From Heptranchias perlo (taxonomy: Eukaryota): a stretch of 64,000 nt of DNA. The stretch covers positions 98,580,001 to 98,644,000 of the forward strand of contig NC_090326.1 in NCBI RefSeq assembly GCF_035084215.1, given 5' to 3'. Positions 56,720 through 64,000 of this stretch are shown here, piece by piece (position 1 is the stretch's first letter; the number at the start of each line of letters is the position of its first letter). Both the position numbers and the translations under genes were made by a program. The notes under the pieces are model-generated. The model was not told the DNA's origin, did no database searches, and saw nothing but the letters and a program-made list of their open reading frames with translations.

Positions 56720-57125
56720 TAGACTATGTTCCAGATGGCCTTCCCAATATTTTTCTCTTTCTCCCAGAGACGATGACTACTGCTGGGGTATAGTTGGTGC
56801 CATAAGCTTTCTGTTGCCTCATTCAAGTGTCTATACTTCATGTTTGAGTCTAGATAGTGAGTGTTGGCAGACTATTCTACCATGGAAGACATCACAGCCA
56901 AGTCCAATCCTGTTCTCACCCAATGTCCACACACGGCATGTTCAGTATGGGTGCATGTATGCATCTGGAGTGGGAGTCCTGACTAACTTCTGATTTCTTT
57001 TCTTCCCTATCTGAGGCCAATTGAAATGCCCTGATTGAGATCATTGAATTAAGCACAGACTAGGAATCAAATTTATGACCTTCAGGGCAAAGCCTTTACC
57101 CATCAAGACATTGGGAGACCTTACC
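56720..57125 (-). mobile_element. SINE-like repeat
   Basis: Reverse complement aligns by eye with 62150-62430 (gaaggtc...gtctgtgct...ggacttggctgtgat). Confidence 0.55.
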
Positions 57126-58399
57126 ACAGATAGTGTTAATGGGCATTTGGAGAGCTTGGATTACTTGAACAATGGAATAATTTTTTTTGTAACATGAACT
57201 TCAAATGTACCCAATTCTGCCTAGCTTGCTGCATGCATTGGTGCGCCTCTTTTAGTTCAGTGATGGTGCTGAAATTCAATGCTTTTGTAAGCGAAATAAA
57301 ACAAAGGAGTGGTATTGAAGGTATAAGTGAAAAGGTTCTATCGTCACTCGTTAATTGAGCCTGTTATCTCACTTTATGAAAGCTGGTTTAATATTCCTTT
57401 GCTTTCTTGCTGGGAGAGGTGTTGCATTCCAGCATCAATATCAGGCAATTGTGCAAAGCCACCTAATGGAGATTTTACAGATGGGGTAGATGTGTTTGTG
57501 AAGAATAATAATTCTGTCTATAACATGGGCTATTTTTAATTTTCCCAATAACAAAAAATTCAAGAGTTAAACGTGATCACTGTCACCTTGAAGAAAGTAC
57601 ACTACAGTTGTGCAAAGAATAAAAACCCAGCATTAAATCTGGTATCTCAAATTTCTAGAAAAATAAACTGTAATCTGTCACCAGCAATGTATTTTAATTT
57701 GGGCAGTTGTGCCTGGTGGAGTTTCAGTATCAGTGCACCATTAGATAGCACTGTAATGGGCCCTATCTATGCTTTAATAAATTGAGGGAAGAAAATAAGA
57801 TAGTGGTGTTGACTTCTTTATTCAGGTAGATAAGGCAGGTATTTTAGGAAAGTGCCCAGAAAAGTTAATATTGACATGCATTTATTAAAAAAAAATGCAG
57901 ATTTTTAAACATTTCTCAAATGTGATTTCTGTTTGTGGGCAGCTTTTTAATGTATTTAATTTGGGATTTCAGTTTATAAAATTTTAATGCTCAATATTGT
58001 TTCATTTACCGAGATGTATCTAAACAATACTGATCAATTGTTTAACAATATAACTGTAATTGATATTACATTGCTGAAATGTTATTGCTGGTTTCAAAGT
58101 TAATACAATTTTCAGCGTGATCAGAATGCCTTGTGATAAACTGAATGACTAGCTTTACAAAATACGAGTTATTTTACATAGGCCATGGTTTAACTCTGAC
58201 AAATGAAGCTTAATAGAATGTGATGTATTATTATTTCTGAATGGAACCCCTATTGCAGCATAAAAGGTCTGATGCGAAGCAAAATGGATTTTTTCAAGAT
58301 GGAGCTACTCTGATGACCAGCCTCCTTGGTGGGTGGGTGGGTGGGGTGGGGGGTGCTGGGTAGTGGGGTGGCTCCAGATGACATGCCTAACAAAATTTC

Positions 58400-59300
58400 T
58401 CATTATGACCTGAAACAAAATCCAGAATATCTCATCTACCTTCACACACATTATACAACCTGATGCACCAAAGGTAATCAAGCAAATGCCAAAATATCAA
58501 TCAGTAACTCCCTGTGTTATTTGGAACTTGGGTTTTGATAGCTCAGTCCATCTCGTCTTATTCGTCAATCATTTTAGCTAAAGGAACTGCACTGGCACCG
58601 GAGCTGAAGAACTAGGTATTGTGTAAATGAAGGCATAAGGGTCAGCACTTTGGTCTTTGGCTTCATGTGGTTAAAGCTAAACTTATTTGGGTTTCTGATG
58701 TTCAGAAAGTTGTCTACGGTGAACTGAAACACTCAAGAAACCTAAAGTATCAGCTCAGATGGTCTAGGTTTCACTGAAGCTGAATTCCTGGTGTTCGTCC
58801 CCTTGAGATGCTTTGTTGTCCTGAGGAGTTTTAGATGCAATGTCGTATTTGGTATAGCTTAGAACTGTCTAAGCTGTTACCACTGCTATTGCATCCACAG
58901 CATTCCTTCAAAGATCACAGAGCACGAGGGAGTAAGTTGGTGCTGTATAATGAAAGATGACCACTTCTATTCAACTTCTGCAGCAAAACGTTTTGCAAGC
59001 ATAAACATCATCATCTGACACCATCTTTGTTCTTACTGGGCACAGCTTCCAATACCTTAATGAATTGGTTTGATGAGGTATTGTGCCTGAAGAAGGTAGC
59101 AATGAACTCGTACAACTTGTGGTGAATTGTGCTGCTCACTTGCTCGGGAGGAGTTCCTGGTACCTGCTATCCATCTAACAAGGTTCTCAATCCCTTGCTT
59201 ATCAGTAGTTTAATGACCATCTAATGAGGGAGGGGAAAGGAGGAGGTAAACATGATCTTTTTGAGGTTGAGTTGGTTCAGGATAACATGCCTGGTGATGG
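58400..59300 (-). mobile_element. Possible highly decayed hAT transposase remnant
   Basis: Reverse strand FIYTIPSSSAPV (near 58596-58631) followed by NKTR, resembling the hAT dimerisation motif; upstream KLYEFIATFFRHN. Confidence 0.35.
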
Positions 59301-62109
59301 GAGATTGGAACCTAGTCAATCCTCTGTGGTAGACTAAGTATCTGATCCTTGAGCCAGGCAGGTCCACAGCACAATAGATGATTTACCAGCCAGCCTGGCT
59401 CATTGAAGAGTCTTAAAGGAGTAAACCTGGCTGCTGTGACTCTTCCCATTCGTTTCCAGATAACGCTGCAAGCCAGTGCCCTAATGGGTTGGGCGTTATC
59501 TGAGTTGGACAACCAACGGGATGCTTACCTGTGTTTTGTGCTGGTAGACTGTGCCGTTTTAGCCACTTTCATATAAGCAATACCCTATGAACATTTGGCA
59601 GGCTCTAAGCTTGGTTCTACCAACCCGTGCCTACGTCCTCTGGCTCAGGTAGGTGGTGTGTGTCCCTTTGGAGAGAGTTGTGCTCCATATCAGGCAAAAG
59701 GAATTTCTACTTGTACAAATTTCTCAGTTTGGTTTGGAAACTTACAAGCATGGTGACAGATCTCTGCACATATCCAACAACGAGCTGAGCAAAAATTAAA
59801 TAAACAAATGAATTCTCGGAGTAACGTGAGACCTGATGACAGCCTCATGTCAGGATCTTTACAAAACTCAATGCTGGCTTAAACATTATTAATGTTTGTA
59901 AAGATTTTTCTTTTACTCTCACCTCCCAGCCCCAACCACCTTTTCCTGGTTTCTTTTTGGGGTAATTTTTTACTCCAAAATAATTTTACACTTATTTCAG
60001 AGGACTATAAATATTTAACTTTGGTTGCTAAAGATCTTTGCAATCTGAAAAATTACACTCTGCAAAATAACAAGCGTTTTGCCCACTTTGTCCAGTGTTT
60101 AAAATTGGAACTGCTAGACATAATTAGAAATTTACCAAACCAGCTTAAATTTTTTAAAGAAGAAAAGCATCAAAAGATGGAAATTTTGGAAGACAAGAAA
60201 TGAAGGTCATAAATTGCTGCAGCTGTTAAATCTCTGTTGAGGAATTGGGTTAGTTTTTATGCTAAACTCTTGTTATGATCACATTAAACTTTAGGGATGA
60301 AGGATTTGAATTCTGCAGCAGTTTTATTTGAAAAAAATATTTTGAAATTGCCCTCCTAATCTGATGGAGGCAAATATTTTATAACTAATCCAGCAATACT
60401 CTGGTGGGTTGAATCTTTTCCTTTTTTATTTTTCCTTATTTGAAAAATCATAATAGATTTCGGATTGATATAAATACAGAAGTGGTAATGTCTAAATATA
60501 ACAGCAAATCAGTATTTATAAATTTATCTTCCAGAGTCAGTTTATCATACAAGGGCATGGGTATGTTGTTACACAAGTCAGAACAAGCTAGTAGGATGTA
60601 ATCCCAAAGAACAATTTTACCATCAGCATCTTGCATTCAACCGAACAGCCAATATTCAATTATAGTTTGAGTCTTCATGTCACAGTACTAGTTTAGGACA
60701 GTCCCACTGTTAAAAACATTTAATGGATACAATTAAATTCATAGGATTTTTTTTTAAAGGCCGCAATTATAAAGCTGTATGCTCCCCCACCCATGTTTTT
60801 ATTGTATTCTCTTCCACGTCACATGGCTGTTAGGCAGTTTGTGAATAGCGACCTTTTTGATGCTACCCTCCCTGTAGAAAAAATTCTAGCCTTCTCCTGT
60901 AGCCTTACTCCCCAGCAAAGATCAAGAACTTGCCTGTATTAGGAATCATGTTCTGTGACTAACATAACATACAAGAGGAAGGCCAAATTTAGTTAAATGT
61001 CACTTAGGGGAAAAAATAAAATTCTGAACAAGATATTGAGAAGATGCTAAATACTGCAAATCAAGATAAGATACCTGATGATTTACCTAGTGTTTCCCTT
61101 ATAATAACTGCAAATGCATTCTTTTGGTTGTACTTGTGCAACAACGTGGCCAAAGTCCTGCTTACAGGATCAGATTAAACTGATCAGATTTAAAATAACT
61201 CATACTCTTGCTGTTATGTGTAGTGGTGTACCAGAGAAGACACATGTGTATGCGTTGAGAGGAACTAAAAGTTAATGGAGAATATTGTAAAATGGTGTGT
61301 ACTCACCCTATCATAAATGTTGTATAATCTTTTTTCTATCATCTGTTCACAGTTCCAGGGAAACATCTTTTTTCTTTGCAAAAACAGATCTGTAGAGATT
61401 ATTAAAATGAAATCTATTCTCGGTGGGATGGTTGGGGTTGTATAGATTTTCTCAGAATTTTATATTGATTTGCATAGTTTTCAGCTTTAAAATACTTATA
61501 GCATTATTGCAGCAGGATACATGGATATAATAGGTCTAGTATAAATGCATATAGTGGTGTTAGATGCTTTAGAAAACACATAGTAATTTGATTAGAATCC
61601 CTTGTTAAAGAGATAGATACCCAAATATACTTTCTGAAGCTGCTAAAGAATAATGCTTTGTATAGAAGGGTATAATGCAGCAGAAAGCACCATTAAATTG
61701 TGGACCAATATATACAGTTTGGGCACCAAGGATTACCAAACATTAGTACAGATCTAAGAATACTATCTTGATAATGTACCAAGCGGAAAAATGCACAATT
61801 ATATTTCTCCTTGCCGCTTCAAGACTCTACAGATGTTACTTCTAAGAGTTATTGTGTTGTAAAACAACCTTTGCAGTTTTAGAAAATATGTGCAAAAATG
61901 CCATGGTTACAAGTAGCTGCGTATTGTGGTCGCTTTTTTAGTCATCCTGTGGTCTGTTGTGTTGTCACCAGTTAATGATGTACAGTGATAGTGTAGGTAG
62001 TGCATCTCCTGAAATAATTATATTGATGTAATCATATTTTTGTATTTACTCCTGACTCATTGTTAAATGCTCTGAGGTGTGTACATGTCCAGCAATCTAA
62101 ATGCAACTA

Positions 62110-62430
62110 CTCCAACAACTCAGTAAGTTTACCTGGTGAGTAGCTAAACCATACAGACTAGGAAGGTCCCAGATGCTATCTCTGGTCTGTGCTGAGTTGG
62201 CTGATTTCTTCTGTAGTAATAACAGGGCGCTACAATCAGTTTTGGTGCTTCTGGGTCAGGGAGGGGAAAATTAGCCAGGGCGGGGAAAATTAGCCAGGGC
62301 TTCCACTCCTGATTGCTATCTAGCGACTGCTGCTACAAGTGGGCATTTTGGGCTTTGGGTGAAAACTGGGTTGGGCTTGGCTGTGATACCTCCTGTGGTT
62401 AGAAAAGCCTACCGGCGTTTACTGTTGAAT
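62110..62430 (+). mobile_element. SINE-like repeat
   Basis: Same family as 20915-21230 and 56720-57125; internal 19-bp duplication ggggaaaattagccaggg. Confidence 0.55.
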
Positions 62431-63560
62431 AACAACAACTTGCATTTGTACAGCACCTTTAATGTAAAAAAACAAATGCCCTAAAGTGCTTCAGAGATGT
62501 AAGAGGAAAAATGAGCCAAAGAAAGAGATATTGGGGTTGGTCAGAGGTGGGTTTTAAGGAGAGTCTTAAAGGTGGAGGGATTTAGGAGGGGAATTCAAGT
62601 GTGAGGCCGAGGCACTGAAGGCACTCTGCTAATGGTGGGTGCACAAGAGGCTGGACTTAGGAATGAAGAGTTTTGGAGAGGGGGTTCTTTAATGTTGGAG
62701 GAGGTTACAGAGGAGGGGAAGGGAGAGGTAATGGATTTAAATACAAAAATGAGAATTTGAAATTTGTGGTGTTGGGGGACTGGGAAGCCAGTAAGTCGTT
62801 GAGGACAAGAGTGATGGGTGATTGGGACTTCTTGTGGAATTGCAGCAGGATTTTAGATGAGCTGATATTTATGGAGGATGAAGGATGAGGAGTTGGTCGG
62901 GAGAGCATTGGACTAGCTGAGTCTGGAGGTGACAGACTTGGATGAGGGTTTCAGCAGCAGAGGAAAGGGAGGTTGATAATGAGGTGCTAGTTCGCAAGAA
63001 CGGTGGGGAGGAAGGTAGGTTTTTTGAGGAGGAGTTGATGGCAGTTTTGAAAGAGCAGGAGACAGTATCTGAGGCGAGGGAACCCTTTCCTGTTTTGCCT
63101 AGCATAGAGGCCAGCAAGGGAAGTTGGTAGGGGAGTAGTTTAGTGGAAATGAGGCTGCAGGTGGAGGAGGTTGGGCTATTGGACAAGATGAGCTTGGAGA
63201 GCACATGGTGGAGATAATGGAGAAAATAAGCCTGAGATTATCTTTGCTCTCCAGCTTGATCCTAGGGTAGTGGTTTTGGCAAAGGAGAGTGAAACCTGGT
63301 AGAACTTGATGTGTTCCAGACGGATCTGGTGATGGATGGCTAAACCAGTTGTATGTGATATGCCCCATGGACTTGAGGGAATAATGATGGAAGCTATATC
63401 ATATGGAATGACTGGGATGGGAGATGGTCAAGTTTTTGCTGGGGAAAGGGCATCAAAAGTAGAGGTGAGAAAGTGGTTGAGCAAATCAGCTGCACAGGTA
63501 TAGCAAATGTAGAGTTAAAGGCTAAGTAGTTGTAAGTGACTTGGGAGAATCTTTTATTCC
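62431..63560 (-). mobile_element. Decayed L2 LINE
   Basis: Collinear with 31300-32860 (cttgcattt...aaagtgcttca...gtctggaggtgacag...gagggtttcagcagcag). Confidence 0.7.
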
Positions 63561-63574
63561 ATGTGGCAAATGGA

Positions 63575-64000
63575 AGAAAATAAAAGGACTTGCATTTGTA
63601 TAGTGCCTTTCACAACCTCAAGGTGTCCCAAAGTGCTTTATAGCCACTGAAGTACTTTTGAACTGTAGTCATTGTTGTAATGTAGGAAAACATGGCAGCC
63701 AATTTGCAGCAAGGTCCACAAACAGCAATGAGATACATGACCAGGTCATTACTTTTAGTGATATTGGTTGTGGGATAAATATTGGCCAGGACACCGGGAG
63801 AATTCCCCAGCTCTTCTTCGAATAGTGCCATGGGTTCCTTTGCACCCACCTGAGAGGGCAGATGGGGCTTTGATGTACCCTCTTATCTGAAAGTGCAGCA
63901 TTCCCTCAGTACTGAACTTGGGTGTCAGCCGTGGATTATGTGCTCAAGTCTCTGGAGTGGGGCTTGAACCCACGACTTAACTCAGGGGTAAGCATGTTAC
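63575..64000 (-). mobile_element. Near full-length DeuSINE
   Basis: Reverse complement of 42165-42592, including the head (ggttcaagccccactccagagacttgagcac). Confidence 0.85.

Overview
This is a eukaryotic, repeat-rich vertebrate window; the Deu-domain SINEs and the CR1, L2, Penelope and Harbinger landscape suggest a cartilaginous fish (inference). It holds a complete 11-exon CCT5 gene (+, CDS 17132-35315, 1626 nt, 541 aa) behind a CpG-island promoter. A second + strand gene starts at a CpG island near 46.9-47.4 kb. Its 690-codon first coding exon is built from 57-bp and 33-bp tandem repeats and splices to a 69-nt exon that completes a matrin/U1C-type zinc finger (WCDIC...HFLGFKH); I cannot name this gene. 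The rest is mostly transposon debris: a full-length but dead 4.26-kb Harbinger, nested CR1 LINEs with TSDs, L2 fragments, DeuSINEs and Penelope-like fragments. The most unusual signal is two short TSD-flanked Penelope-terminus insertions carrying intact minimal type I hammerhead ribozyme motifs. One is a 91-bp-arm palindrome just upstream of the zinc-finger gene promoter; the other is antisense in CCT5 intron 10. Coordinates were read by eye, and repeat boundaries are approximate.
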